From: Nitrososphaera viennensis EN76
GTDB taxonomy: Archaea; Thermoproteota; Nitrososphaeria; Nitrososphaerales; Nitrososphaeraceae
Direction of reading: 5' to 3'
Assembly: GCF_000698785.1 (NCBI RefSeq)
Contig: NZ_CP007536.1
Location: 1,170,001 to 1,202,000 of the forward strand
DNA length: 32,000 nt
Position numbers and translations under genes: made by a program. A model generated the notes under the pieces. It saw only the letters and a program-made list of their open reading frames with translations, made no database searches and was not told the origin of the DNA. Below are positions 14,487-23,040 of this stretch, in pieces; position 1 is the first letter of the stretch; every line of letters begins with the position of its first letter.

Positions 14487-15401
14487 TCAGAGCGGGAGCG
14501 CCTTTATCGCTTCCCTGACGCTTGCCACGCCCTTGTCAAAGACGCCCTGCTCAAAGCTGTCAAGCTTGAGCTCGACTATCTTCTCCACGCCGCCTGCGCC
14601 AATGACTGCCGGCACGCCGATGCACAGGTCAGAGACTCCGTACTGGCCGTCAAGGTACGCGGACACTGGTATCACCATTTTCTTGTCCTTTGCCATCGAC
14701 TCGATCATGGTGGCGACCGCGTTGCCCGGCGCGTACACTGTCGCGCCCTTTAGCGCGATTACCTCTGCGGCAACTTTTTTCGTCTTTTCAAAAATGTCTG
14801 TCGCCTGCTCTTTTGTGATAAAGTCGTGCAGCGGGATTCCGCCCAGCGAGGAAAATCGGGTGAGCGGGAGCATGTTCTCGCCGTGCTCTGATATGACCAT
14901 CGCCTGTATCGAGTCGCGAGAGACGCCCGTTGCCTCCTGTATGTAGCTCTTGAACCTCGACAGGTCGAGCATGCCCCCCATGCCCATCACCTTGCTCTTT
15001 TGCGCGCCGATGGTCTTGAGCGCAAGGTAGGTCATCGGGTCAAGCGGGTTGGTAACGACAATGACAGTCGCGTCCTTGGCGTACGTCGCTATTTTCGACG
15101 CGACGTCTTTTACAATGCCGGCGTTTATCTTTAGCAAGTCCATGCGGGTCATGCCCGGCTTTCTGCCGACGCCGGCGACAAGCACGACATAGTCAGAGCC
15201 GCGCATGTCCTCGTAGTTGTTAGAGCCCCGGGCGACAGAGTCAGAGCCCCGCTCCGACAGCTGGTGGTTGATGTCCATTGCCTCGCCCTGCGGAAGGCCC
15301 TGCACTATATCCAGAAGAAGAATGTCGTCAAGCTCTCTCAGGCCGCAGTTCAGTGCGGCCGAGGCGCCCACTTTGCCTGATCCGATTACGGTTATTGTCA
15401 T
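14487..15401 (-). CDS. mdh: Malate dehydrogenase (LDH-like MDH family)
   Basis: 304-aa ORF with the Rossmann motif [10 protein letters not shown]. The substrate-loop [10 protein letters not shown] carries Arg where LDHs have Gln. The catalytic region is SEHGENM. Confidence 0.9.
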   Translation of the reverse strand: MTITVIGSGKVGASAALNCGLRELDDILLLDIVQGLPQGEAMDINHQLSERGSDSVARGSNNYEDMRGSDYVVLVAGVGRKPGMTRMDLLKINAGIVKDVASKIATYAKDATVIVVTNPLDPMTYLALKTIGAQKSKVMGMGGMLDLSRFKSYIQEATGVSRDSIQAMVISEHGENMLPLTRFSSLGGIPLHDFITKEQATDIFEKTKKVAAEVIALKGATVYAPGNAVATMIESMAKDKKMVIPVSAYLDGQYGVSDLCIGVPAVIGAGGVEKIVELKLDSFEQGVFDKGVASVREAIKALPL

Positions 15402-15427
15402 TTGGAGGTGCTAGCGAGCTGGATTAC

Positions 15428-15435
15428 TTATAAAT
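15428..15435 (-). promoter_or_regulatory. TATA box (TTATAAAT, near-palindromic) about 30 nt upstream of the mdh ATG, implying a leaderless mRNA
   Basis: The position is measured relative to the start at 15401. Confidence 0.5.
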
Positions 15436-15462
15436 CTACAAAGTACAAGATTCCCGATCACC

Positions 15463-15470
15463 TTAAATTA
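15463..15470 (+). promoter_or_regulatory. TATA-box candidate (TTAAATTA) about 33 nt upstream of the 15499 ATG
   Basis: It lies in a divergent promoter region shared with mdh. Confidence 0.45.
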
Positions 15471-15498
15471 AGCGCCTGTCGTCTTTTACCAGAGAGAG

Positions 15499-16071
15499 AT
15501 GTCTGGCAAGGGAGGCAAGCGCGACGACAGCTATTTTGCTGCAGACCGCCGCAAAAGGAAAAAGTACATGATGATAATAGTTCCGATTATCGCCGCGGTG
15601 GTGGCAATAGGCGCGGTTTCAGCCCTTTTGTACAAGCCCCCAGAGGTACAGGCAATAAGCGGAGTGGAATGCCACCCCGCAGAGGTCACGAACTACCACG
15701 TCCACTCTCACCTCGACGTGTTTGTAGACGGGAAGAATCAAACGGTTCCAGCTAACATAGGGATAATGTCGTCCCCACGCTGCCTTTTCTGGCTCCACAC
15801 TCATGATACGACAGGCACCATACATGTAGAGGCGCCGCAGCAAAGGGCATTCACATTAGGCCAGTTCATGGACATCTGGAGCCAGACGCACAGTGGCTCA
15901 AAGTCGTTCTTTGACTCTGTGGCAGGCAAGCCGTTAAAGGCGTATGACAATGGCACCGAGTTCCAAGGAGACTATAGGAACATACAGCTGGAATCTCGCA
16001 AGCAAATAGTCCTTGCGTATGGCAACCCTCCGGCGGAAATCCCGACCCACGACTTTGGCAGCCTGCGCTAG
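15499..16071 (+). CDS. Membrane-anchored extracytoplasmic protein with conserved His/Cys motifs (function unknown)
   Basis: 190-aa ORF with a basic N-terminus and one TM segment (IIVPIIAAVVAIGAVSALL). The ectodomain carries CH, HVHSH, C, LHTHD and IHVE motifs. I recognise the pattern from uncharacterised actinobacterial and archaeal exported proteins. Confidence 0.75.
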   Translation: MSGKGGKRDDSYFAADRRKRKKYMMIIVPIIAAVVAIGAVSALLYKPPEVQAISGVECHPAEVTNYHVHSHLDVFVDGKNQTVPANIGIMSSPRCLFWLHTHDTTGTIHVEAPQQRAFTLGQFMDIWSQTHSGSKSFFDSVAGKPLKAYDNGTEFQGDYRNIQLESRKQIVLAYGNPPAEIPTHDFGSLR

Positions 16072-16121
16072 CAACAGCAAAAGCTTGATATGAACTTGTC
16101 AGGCGCTTCTTTCTAGCAAGC

Positions 16122-17456
16122 GTGCCTCCCCGGATAGAGCTGCAGAGCAGGAAAAAGTGGACCGTAAACGGCACCTCAAGGATAAGGCCGGCCCAGGAAA
16201 CCCTGCAAAAGGTCGTTCCGCTCTCCAAAAAGATAGGGGTCACCAGGCTTGCAGACATTACGGACATGGACGTGCTCCGGATACCAAACTATTCGGCAGT
16301 CCTGCCCGGCACCGAGGACTACATCTGGGTGTACAGCGGCAAGGGCCCAACGAGGGAGCACGCGATGGCAAGCGCGCTGATGGAGAGCATCGAGCGCTAT
16401 TCCTCACTGCCTGCAGGAGGCCCGCGGAACTTTGTCAGGGCAAGCTATGCAGAGCTGTCAAAATCCCGCAAAGTATTGCACCCTGACGAGATCGTCGAGC
16501 CGATGCGCTTTGAGTACCGCGACGACATGCCGATGGACTTTCTCCCCGGCTTTGACATCGCCAACGATAATGAAGAGGTTATGGTTCCGGCATCAATCGC
16601 GCTTTTCCGCTACAACCCGCCGGCGCCGGCGGTAAACCCGTTTTCATACTTTCACACAAACGGCCTTGCGTCCGGCAACGTTATAGAAGAAGCCATATGC
16701 CATTCGCTCTGCGAGGTTATAGAGCGCGACGCAATGAGCGTGGCGGAACTGCGCGCAAGCGCGATTCCCTTCCACGTGCTCCGGAGCATCATCCACTCGC
16801 TCAACGCGGCAGGCATGCACACAAGGCCGGTGCAGGCCGACAGGTTCGTCGACGATCCTGGCGTTTTTCCGGACGTCGACATTTCCGAAGTCGAGTTTGA
16901 GCCCGTCAGAAAACTTGTCAAGAAATTCGAGAAAGCAGGCATCCCGCTCATAATAAAGGACATCACGTCTGACATTGGCGTCCCCACTTTCAATGCAAGC
17001 AGCATCGAGTGGGTCACGCACGACTATGGCTACCTTGCAGAAGGCCATGGCACGCACCCCGACGCAAGGATTGCCCTTTTGAGGGCGATAACGGAGGTGT
17101 CGCAGACTCGCGCCGCCAACATCCAGGGAGCGCGAGACGACCTGCGCAAGATAAGGTACGGCGAGAACAACACTGACGACAAGAGGGCGTGGCAGTTCAT
17201 GCCATCGACCAGGAAAATAAAGTTCTCAGATGTAAAAACGTACTTTCACGAGGACATACTTGACGACATCAGGTTCATACTTGGCAGGCTAGGAAACGCC
17301 GGCCTTGACAGGGCGATAATCGTCGACCTGACAAACCCGGACCTTGCGATCCCGGTCGTCAGGGCTATTGTGCCGGGGCTGGAGACGTTCAAGATAACAA
17401 AGTCGGTGATGGGAATGAGAGCGAGGGCGCTTTTCAGGCAATGGCAAAGCCAATAA
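16122..17456 (+). CDS. ycaO: YcaO-domain protein (ATP-dependent peptide backbone amide activation; TfuA-associated thioamidation subtype)
   Basis: 444-aa ORF with a GTG start. It has SYFHTNGLASGN and the ATP/Mg-binding SLCEVIERDAMS motif. Its end overlaps the tfuA start by 16 nt. Confidence 0.9.
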   Translation: MPPRIELQSRKKWTVNGTSRIRPAQETLQKVVPLSKKIGVTRLADITDMDVLRIPNYSAVLPGTEDYIWVYSGKGPTREHAMASALMESIERYSSLPAGGPRNFVRASYAELSKSRKVLHPDEIVEPMRFEYRDDMPMDFLPGFDIANDNEEVMVPASIALFRYNPPAPAVNPFSYFHTNGLASGNVIEEAICHSLCEVIERDAMSVAELRASAIPFHVLRSIIHSLNAAGMHTRPVQADRFVDDPGVFPDVDISEVEFEPVRKLVKKFEKAGIPLIIKDITSDIGVPTFNASSIEWVTHDYGYLAEGHGTHPDARIALLRAITEVSQTRAANIQGARDDLRKIRYGENNTDDKRAWQFMPSTRKIKFSDVKTYFHEDILDDIRFILGRLGNAGLDRAIIVDLTNPDLAIPVVRAIVPGLETFKITKSVMGMRARALFRQWQSQ

Positions 17457-18124
17457 TAATATTCCTCGGCCCAAGCCTGAGCCACGAAAAGGCAAGAAAG
17501 ATTCTGCCGGAAGCCGAGTTTCGGCCGCCGGCCAAAAAGGGCGACCTTCTGAGGCTGGCTGCAAGCCCTGACGTCTCGATGGTCGGGCTTGTGGACGGCG
17601 TGTTCCTGCAGGACTACCCTCCCACGCCGATCGAAGTCTATCAGTTAGCAAGGCGAGAAGGCGTCCTTTTAGCAGGGGCGGCAAGCCTCGGCGCGCTGCG
17701 CGCAGTCGAACTGGAAAAGTTTGGCATGGTAGGCATCGGCAGGGTGTTTGAGCTGTACAAGAGCGGCAAGATAGACGCCGACGACGAGGTCGCAGTCACG
17801 TTTGCAGACGGCGATTTTCATCTCCAGTCAGAGGCGATGGTGGACATACGCTACAACCTGTTCCTTGCGCACAAAAGAGGCATCATCGGCAAGGACACGA
17901 AAAAAGTGCTGGCAAAAGTCGCAAAGGGCACCTATTTCCCGCACCGCAACTACCCGGACATCATCGAGGCGGCGAGGCAGAAATACCGCGATGACAGCCT
18001 GCATGATGACATCGACGCCTTCCAGGCCTACATCGAGAAAAACAGAAAGAGCCTGAAGGAGATGGACGCAATCAAGCTGGTCGAGTTTTTCAGGGCCCGC
18101 CTTGAAGCAACAGAAAAGAAATGA
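17441..18124 (+). CDS. tfuA: TfuA-like protein (partner of thioamide-forming YcaO)
   Basis: 227-aa ORF. The sequence IIIFLGPSL...FRPPAKKGDLLRL...VGLVDGVFLQDYPPTPIEV...GAASLGALRA is the typical TfuA domain signature. Confidence 0.9.
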   Translation: MAKPIIIFLGPSLSHEKARKILPEAEFRPPAKKGDLLRLAASPDVSMVGLVDGVFLQDYPPTPIEVYQLARREGVLLAGAASLGALRAVELEKFGMVGIGRVFELYKSGKIDADDEVAVTFADGDFHLQSEAMVDIRYNLFLAHKRGIIGKDTKKVLAKVAKGTYFPHRNYPDIIEAARQKYRDDSLHDDIDAFQAYIEKNRKSLKEMDAIKLVEFFRARLEATEKK

Positions 18125-18170
18125 TAATCTTAAATCACCTGCTCGTCTTTTGAAGGGCGTCATAATCATC

Positions 18171-18746
18171 ATGAAGATATACACCAGGACGGGCGACAAG
18201 GGCGAGACCGGCCTTATTGGTGGCAGGCGCGTCAGCAAGGCAGACCTGCGGATAGTGGCCTATGGCGCAGTCGACGAGCTGAACTCAAACATCGGCCTTG
18301 CAGTGTCGTCGCTCCACGGAAAAGAAAAAAAGATGTTTTCCGACCTGGCGGATGTCTTGACGCAGGTGCAGAACGACCTTTTTATAGTCGGCTCGGACCT
18401 TGCTGACCCTGACTACCCAAAGAGCCAATACAACACCCCGCGCACCGACGAAAAGATGGCCTCTGCGCTTGAGCCGGTTATTGACAGGTTTGAATCCGAG
18501 CTAGAACCGATAACGTTTTTCATCCTGCCAGGCGGAAGCGCCGAAGCGTCAATGCTGCATGTGTGCAGGGGGGTTGCAAGGCGCGCAGAAACGGCGGCAG
18601 TCGCGCTTTCCAAGGCCGAGAGCATAAACCCTGCAGTGGTAGTGTACCTGAACAGGCTTGCAGACCTGCTGTTTGTGGCTGCAAGGCTTGCAAACAAGAG
18701 ACAGGGCGTGCCCGACGTGGCGTGGAAGAAAAAGCCACCGCAATAA
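18171..18746 (+). CDS. PduO-type ATP:cob(I)alamin adenosyltransferase
   Basis: It begins MKIYTRTGDKGETGLIGGRRVSKADLRIVAYGAVDELNS, the hallmark PduO/MMAB N-terminus. The ORF-track start at 18102 is an upstream in-frame extension, and I prefer the ATG at 18171. Confidence 0.9.
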   Translation: MKIYTRTGDKGETGLIGGRRVSKADLRIVAYGAVDELNSNIGLAVSSLHGKEKKMFSDLADVLTQVQNDLFIVGSDLADPDYPKSQYNTPRTDEKMASALEPVIDRFESELEPITFFILPGGSAEASMLHVCRGVARRAETAAVALSKAESINPAVVVYLNRLADLLFVAARLANKRQGVPDVAWKKKPPQ

Positions 18747-18791
18747 AACCTTAAATGCTGCATCTGGTCATCACTACGGCATAGCTGTCCG

Positions 18792-18974
18792 TTGGACCAC
18801 ATCAAAAACGTCACCCTCATTATCGTGATAACAACGCTCATGGCGTTTGGCCTGATAGGCGTGACTCTTCTTATCGACCTCCTCCCGATACCAGCAATGC
18901 ACGCCCCCACCACTACTACTGCTGCTGCCAACGCTATCGACCAAGTAGCTTTAAAATCGGGTTTTGCCAATTGA
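18792..18974 (+). CDS. Possible 60-aa single-TM protein (TTG start)
   Basis: It has a hydrophobic core LIIVITTLMAFGLIGVTLLIDLL. The antisense frame is also open, the start is non-ATG, and a TATA box lies inside its 3' end. Confidence 0.2.
   Translation: MDHIKNVTLIIVITTLMAFGLIGVTLLIDLLPIPAMHAPTTTTAAANAIDQVALKSGFAN
18950..18957 (+). promoter_or_regulatory. TATA box (TTTAAAAT) about 25 nt upstream of the C2H2 micro-ORF ATG
   Basis: The spacing fits a leaderless transcript starting at about 18979. Confidence 0.5.
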
Positions 18975-18978
18975 CAGC

Positions 18979-19107
18979 ATGGAAGAAGAAAAAGTCAGCT
19001 GCCCTTATTGCGGCTCCACCTTCAACGACAAGGAACAACTTTCAAAGCACATCGACAGGATCCACCACGGTTCTGGCCTGCTTGAAGGCGACTCTACTAA
19101 ATGGTGA
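18979..19107 (+). CDS. 42-aa single C2H2 zinc-finger protein
   Basis: My own translation gives MEEEKVSCPYCGSTFNDKEQLSKHIDRIHHGSGLLEGDSTKW. This is a textbook C-x2-C-x12-H-x4-H finger with F and L at the hydrophobic core positions. Its stop overlaps the next gene's ATG (ATGGTGA). It is below the ORF-track cutoff. Confidence 0.6.
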   Translation: MEEEKVSCPYCGSTFNDKEQLSKHIDRIHHGSGLLEGDSTKW

Positions 19108-19676
19108 AAAGAGACCTCACCCCGTTTTTTGACGCTGTCATTGGGTTAAAGTACGTCAGGCGCGCGGGGTGGGCTGCAAAGGTAGGCATCAAGAACCCGG
19201 AGTCGGTCGCAGATCACTCGTATGCAATGTGCGCAGTCGGCATGGCGCTTTCAGACGTCCTGAGCCTTGACACCCACAAGGTGCTAAAGATGATAGTGCT
19301 GCACGATCTGGCAGAGTCTGCAGTGGGCGATTACATGCCCGGCGAGGTCAGCATAAGGCAAAAGCGGCAGGAAGAAAATGGCGCGATGAAAAATATCCTT
19401 GCGTGTCTGCCTGCAAAGGTAAGGTCGGATTATGCAAAAATCTGGCGCGAATATCTGCAGGACAAGACAAAAGAGGCAAGGTTTGTGCACAGGATTGACA
19501 AATTAGAAATGGCCCTGCAGGCGGCAAGGTATGCAAGGGACGGCTACTCTGCGGAACTTTTGACGCAGTTTTTCGAGTCGGCACACAAGGCAGTAGATAT
19601 TGATGAGGATGGCAAAGCCGACATGCTGACAGAAACCCTAAAGTCTTTAAGCCCGGCTCCGCGCATGAAAAACTGA
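19101..19676 (+). CDS. HD-domain phosphohydrolase, YfbR/HDDC2-like 5'-nucleotidase family
   Basis: 191-aa ORF with RRAGW, ESVADHSY, VLHDLAESAVGDYMP and HRIDKLE, which give the H...HD...D metal ligands. Confidence 0.85.
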   Translation: MVKRDLTPFFDAVIGLKYVRRAGWAAKVGIKNPESVADHSYAMCAVGMALSDVLSLDTHKVLKMIVLHDLAESAVGDYMPGEVSIRQKRQEENGAMKNILACLPAKVRSDYAKIWREYLQDKTKEARFVHRIDKLEMALQAARYARDGYSAELLTQFFESAHKAVDIDEDGKADMLTETLKSLSPAPRMKN

Positions 19677-19677
19677 G

Positions 19678-20001
19678 ATGCAGTATTTCACGGCTCTCAA
19701 GATAGGCGAAAAGAGGGTCAAAGTCGCGCAGGACCTTTTGGCAAGGTACACGGGGACTGCGATGCCGGCGCTTGCGCTCAAGGACAACAAGGACAACAAG
19801 TGGGAGCCGGTGGGCGAGGAAAACCTCTATGCAGTGGTGAAAGAGCCGGGCGGATACATGATAGCGCTGTGCGACAGCAAGGGAGTCGCAAAGGCAATCG
19901 CGCAGTGGTTTGCCGAGGACACCAAGAACCAGATTATTGAAAAGATAAAGTCAGAGCAGAACATGCAGGAATATTTCGGCAAGCTTTCGCTTCCGATATA
20001 A
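19678..20001 (+). CDS. Hypothetical protein (107 aa)
   Basis: It starts 1 nt after the HD-gene stop and has coding-like composition. I recognise no motif. Confidence 0.65.
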   Translation: MQYFTALKIGEKRVKVAQDLLARYTGTAMPALALKDNKDNKWEPVGEENLYAVVKEPGGYMIALCDSKGVAKAIAQWFAEDTKNQIIEKIKSEQNMQEYFGKLSLPI

Positions 20002-20002
20002 C

Positions 20003-20011
20003 TTTATTATA
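20003..20011 (+). promoter_or_regulatory. TATA-box candidate (TTTATTATA) about 31 nt upstream of the TTG start at 20038
   Basis: No other in-frame start lies between the TATA and 20038, which suggests a leaderless mRNA. Confidence 0.4.
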
Positions 20012-20037
20012 GCTGAAAAGGATTATCGTGAGTTGCT

Positions 20038-21285
20038 TTGGCAGCAGGCAAACATGAGCAAGAGATCGAGGTCAGGGGACACCTCATCGACTCGATGATA
20101 CTAACAAGGATATTTGACCACGTCATGGACCTAAAAGGCGACTTTCAGGTTCTCGAGTTCACGGTAGGCAAGAAAAAGAAAGACCCAAGCTACGCCCGCC
20201 TGCTCGTGCGCGGCAAGGACGAAGAGCACCTTGAGCGCATAATAGAGGCCGTGTACCGCGAGGGCGCGCAGCCCGTCTCGGTGCAGGAGGCAATGCTCGT
20301 CCCCGCAAGCAGCGACTGCGTAATGCCCGACGACTTTTACAGCACGACCAACAACCCCACTCAGGTCTTTTACGCAGGCCAGTGGATACAGGTCCAGAAC
20401 ATGATGATGGACAAGTGCATAGTTGTCGACACAAGGAGCAAGACCGCAGAATGCAAGATGATCCGCGACCTGAAAAAAGGCGACATGATAGTCGTGGGCG
20501 AGCGCGGCGTGAAAATAACGCCGCAGGAGCGCCCGAGAGAAGGGGTCGACATTTTCCAGTTCATGTCAAGCTCCAGTTCCAGCGAGCGCCCCACGCAGCA
20601 TATCGCCCGCAAGGTTGCAGACGACATCTACAACACCAAAAAACAAGGCGGCAAGATAATCGTGGTTTCAGGCCCCGTGCTCGTGCATTCCGGCGCGTCG
20701 GAAGCGCTTGCGCGCCTTATCAGGATGGGCTACATCGACGGCCTGCTAGCAGGAAACGCCATTGCTGTCCACGATGTTGAGAACGCACTCCTTGGCACAT
20801 CGCTTGGCATGCACGTCAGGGACGGCACGCTTGCAGTCAGGGGCCACCGCAACCACATGCAGGCCATAAACGAGGTGTTCAAGGCGGGCGGCCTGAGGGC
20901 GATGGTCGAGAAAAAGATCCTGAAAAGCGGCGTGATGTACGAGTGCATAAAAAACGACGTCCCGTTCGTACTTGCAGGCTCTATACGTGACGATGGCCCG
21001 ATACCCGACGTCGTGACTGACGTGGTGGAGGCGCAGCGCAGGTACAAAAAGGTGCTAAAGGGCGCAAGGATGGTGCTGATGTTCTCGACTATGCTCCACT
21101 CTATCGCGGTGGGCAACATGCTTCCCTCGTCGGTAAAGGTGGTGGCAGTCGACATCAGCCAACCCGTCGTGACAAAGCTGGTGGACAGGGGGACGGCGCA
21201 GGCAGTCGGCATCGTGACGGACGTCGGCGCGTTCTTGCCCATAGTCGCGGACCACCTTGAAAAGATGGCAAGGCACAGGCAGTAG
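20038..21285 (+). CDS. TIGR00300-type protein (LOR/SDH conserved-region family; some members are annotated as archaeal ornithine cyclodeaminase)
   Basis: 415-aa ORF. The opening EIEVRGHLIDSMILTRIFDHVMDLKGDFQVLEFTVGK is as I remember for this archaeal family. The functional label is from memory and uncertain. Confidence 0.75.
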   Translation: MAAGKHEQEIEVRGHLIDSMILTRIFDHVMDLKGDFQVLEFTVGKKKKDPSYARLLVRGKDEEHLERIIEAVYREGAQPVSVQEAMLVPASSDCVMPDDFYSTTNNPTQVFYAGQWIQVQNMMMDKCIVVDTRSKTAECKMIRDLKKGDMIVVGERGVKITPQERPREGVDIFQFMSSSSSSERPTQHIARKVADDIYNTKKQGGKIIVVSGPVLVHSGASEALARLIRMGYIDGLLAGNAIAVHDVENALLGTSLGMHVRDGTLAVRGHRNHMQAINEVFKAGGLRAMVEKKILKSGVMYECIKNDVPFVLAGSIRDDGPIPDVVTDVVEAQRRYKKVLKGARMVLMFSTMLHSIAVGNMLPSSVKVVAVDISQPVVTKLVDRGTAQAVGIVTDVGAFLPIVADHLEKMARHRQ

Positions 21286-21344
21286 GAAACTATACGAACT
21301 ACATATAGAATCCCTAAATCTTTGTTTGACTATATTGTACTTGT

Positions 21345-22301
21345 ATGTCTACCAGAACATTCTTCAATTTCGACAGGCTAGTCAGCCAGAAAGGTTCAGG
21401 AGCGCACGTCGTCGCAGGAGTCATCGTTCTCGTGGTCGGGCTGGCAGTCGCCAGCGCGGTAGGAAGCGTAGAACTTGCCTATGCGGTAACAGCCATAGGA
21501 ATCGCCGTCATAATCTCGGCGTTTCTCATGATAATCAAGCAGTACGAAAGGGCCGTGATACTGAGGTTGGGCAGGTTCCACAAGCAGGTCGGGCCAGGCG
21601 TGCAGACCAGGATCCCGTTCGTGGACAATGTGCTGGTTATCGACATACGCGAAAAGGTGCGTGAGTTCACGGCAGAGAGGATGCTGACAAAGGACAACGT
21701 GCCGGTCACCATAGACGCGATCCTCAGGTACAGGATAATAGAGGACAGGGCAAGAGACGCGATACTGAACGTCGAGAACTTTAACGACATGATCCAGCAG
21801 GTCTCCCAGACTACTCTCCGCAACAACATCGGCGCGTCGCAGTTCCAGGACATACTCTCCAAGAGGGAGGACGTCAACAAGCACATCAAGGAAGTCATTG
21901 CAGAAGAATCGAGAAGCTGGGGAATCGAAGTGAGAGGGGTAGAGATCCGCCAGGTCGCCATACCAAAAGAACTAGAAGACGCCATGTCGATGCAGGCGCA
22001 GGCCGAGCGTGAAAAGAATGCAAGGGTGACGTATGGCGAGTCGGAGGTCCTTGTTGCAAAGCAGTTTGAGGAGGCAGCCAGGGTGTACACCGACAACCCG
22101 GTCGCGTACGCGCTCAGGCAGTCCAACATGCTGTACGAGTCGATAAAGGTGCAGGGCAACACGATAGTGATGGTGCCCTCAGAGTCTCTCAACTCGATTG
22201 GCTTTGGCAACCTTGCGCTGACAGAGGCGTACCTTGAGAACGTAAAGAACGCGGCAGCCAAGTCCGCGGAAAAGGGAAGAGGAGAAGAAAAGAAGAGCTA
22301 A
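21345..22301 (+). CDS. SPFH/band-7 (stomatin/prohibitin-like) membrane protein
   Basis: 318-aa ORF with an N-terminal TM region, then [12 protein letters not shown]...[17 protein letters not shown]...AQAEREKNA. Confidence 0.9.
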   Translation: MSTRTFFNFDRLVSQKGSGAHVVAGVIVLVVGLAVASAVGSVELAYAVTAIGIAVIISAFLMIIKQYERAVILRLGRFHKQVGPGVQTRIPFVDNVLVIDIREKVREFTAERMLTKDNVPVTIDAILRYRIIEDRARDAILNVENFNDMIQQVSQTTLRNNIGASQFQDILSKREDVNKHIKEVIAEESRSWGIEVRGVEIRQVAIPKELEDAMSMQAQAEREKNARVTYGESEVLVAKQFEEAARVYTDNPVAYALRQSNMLYESIKVQGNTIVMVPSESLNSIGFGNLALTEAYLENVKNAAAKSAEKGRGEEKKS

Positions 22302-22326
22302 TACGCAGGTCCTGCGGATAACCGGC

Positions 22327-22740
22327 ATGGGCAACAAAAAGCCAGCCGACAACGATGATAACAACAATAATAATAATTTCAACCATCTTTCTCAGGAGCA
22401 GAGGGAAGTGTGCTGGAACAAGGGCACCGAGGCCCCGTTCACTGGCAAGTACTTGAACTGCCACGACGAGGGCACGTACCGCTGCGCCGCGTGCGGAGCA
22501 GAACTTTTCAGTTCCGACACAAAATTTGATTCAGGCACCGGCTGGCCCAGCTTTTACAAGCCCGTCAAGGACGCAAACGTGAAAGAAGAAGTCGATACCA
22601 GCTATGGCATGGTGAGGACAGAAGTCATGTGCGGCAAGTGCGGCGCGCACCTTGGCCACGTGTTTGACGACGGTCCAAACCCCACGGGCCTGCGATACTG
22701 CATCAACTCGCTTTCGCTTGATCTGGAGAAGGAGAAATGA
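22327..22740 (+). CDS. msrB: Peptide-methionine (R)-S-oxide reductase MsrB with an Asn-rich N-terminal extension
   Basis: 137-aa ORF with [10 protein letters not shown], zinc CxxC pairs (CAACG, CGKCG), GHVFDDGP and the catalytic RYCINS. Confidence 0.9.
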   Translation: MGNKKPADNDDNNNNNNFNHLSQEQREVCWNKGTEAPFTGKYLNCHDEGTYRCAACGAELFSSDTKFDSGTGWPSFYKPVKDANVKEEVDTSYGMVRTEVMCGKCGAHLGHVFDDGPNPTGLRYCINSLSLDLEKEK

Positions 22741-23036
22741 GCGAAGAGCAGCAACAGCAGTGGTCAGAGTGGCTCGACTTTGACAGGGCGCATGTCGACT
22801 CTGTCCCAGAGGCTGCAGGCGTGTACCTGATGCACGCAAGCATGAAGGTGATGCGCATCGGCGGAAGCGACAACGTCAGGAAATCCCTGTACGAGCTGCT
22901 TGCAGACCCGTGCGCAAGCAAGGCCAAGAGGTTCCACTACATGCTGACACAGTCTCATGCGTCGGTGGCAGAGCAGTTGCTGCAAGACTATAAAGAAAAA
23001 CATCAGGGCAAGCTGCCGGCGTGCATGGAAAAATAG
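22737..23036 (+). CDS. Hypothetical 99-aa protein with a degenerate GIY-YIG-like spacing (GVY-x9-RIG)
   Basis: It has an ATGA overlap with the msrB stop. The sequence [26 protein letters not shown] resembles the GIY-x9-11-YIG-...-R layout. This is a weak call. Confidence 0.6.
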   Translation: MSEEQQQQWSEWLDFDRAHVDSVPEAAGVYLMHASMKVMRIGGSDNVRKSLYELLADPCASKAKRFHYMLTQSHASVAEQLLQDYKEKHQGKLPACMEK

Positions 23037-23040
23037 AGAG

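Noticed and set aside
14268-14753. A 161-aa plus-strand ORF beginning ATGATGATG. The ATGATGA (14268-14274) also looked like a C/D-box sRNA C box.
   Set aside because: The ORF runs antisense into mdh and has no coding bias in the intergenic part. I found no matching D box (CTGA) or C'/D' arrangement at the appropriate 12-nt guide spacing on either strand.
14487-15401. The idea that the LDH/MDH-family gene next to larB is a lactate dehydrogenase functionally tied to a lactate racemase (Lar) system.
   Set aside because: The substrate-specificity position in [10 protein letters not shown] is Arg, as in malate dehydrogenases, not Gln as in LDHs. The adjacency is separated by a 470-nt spacer with a terminator-like T7 run.
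21479-22261. A 260-aa minus-strand ORF.
   Set aside because: It is antisense to the well-supported SPFH/band-7 gene. Its composition is Ser/Thr/Leu-rich and unlike a real protein.
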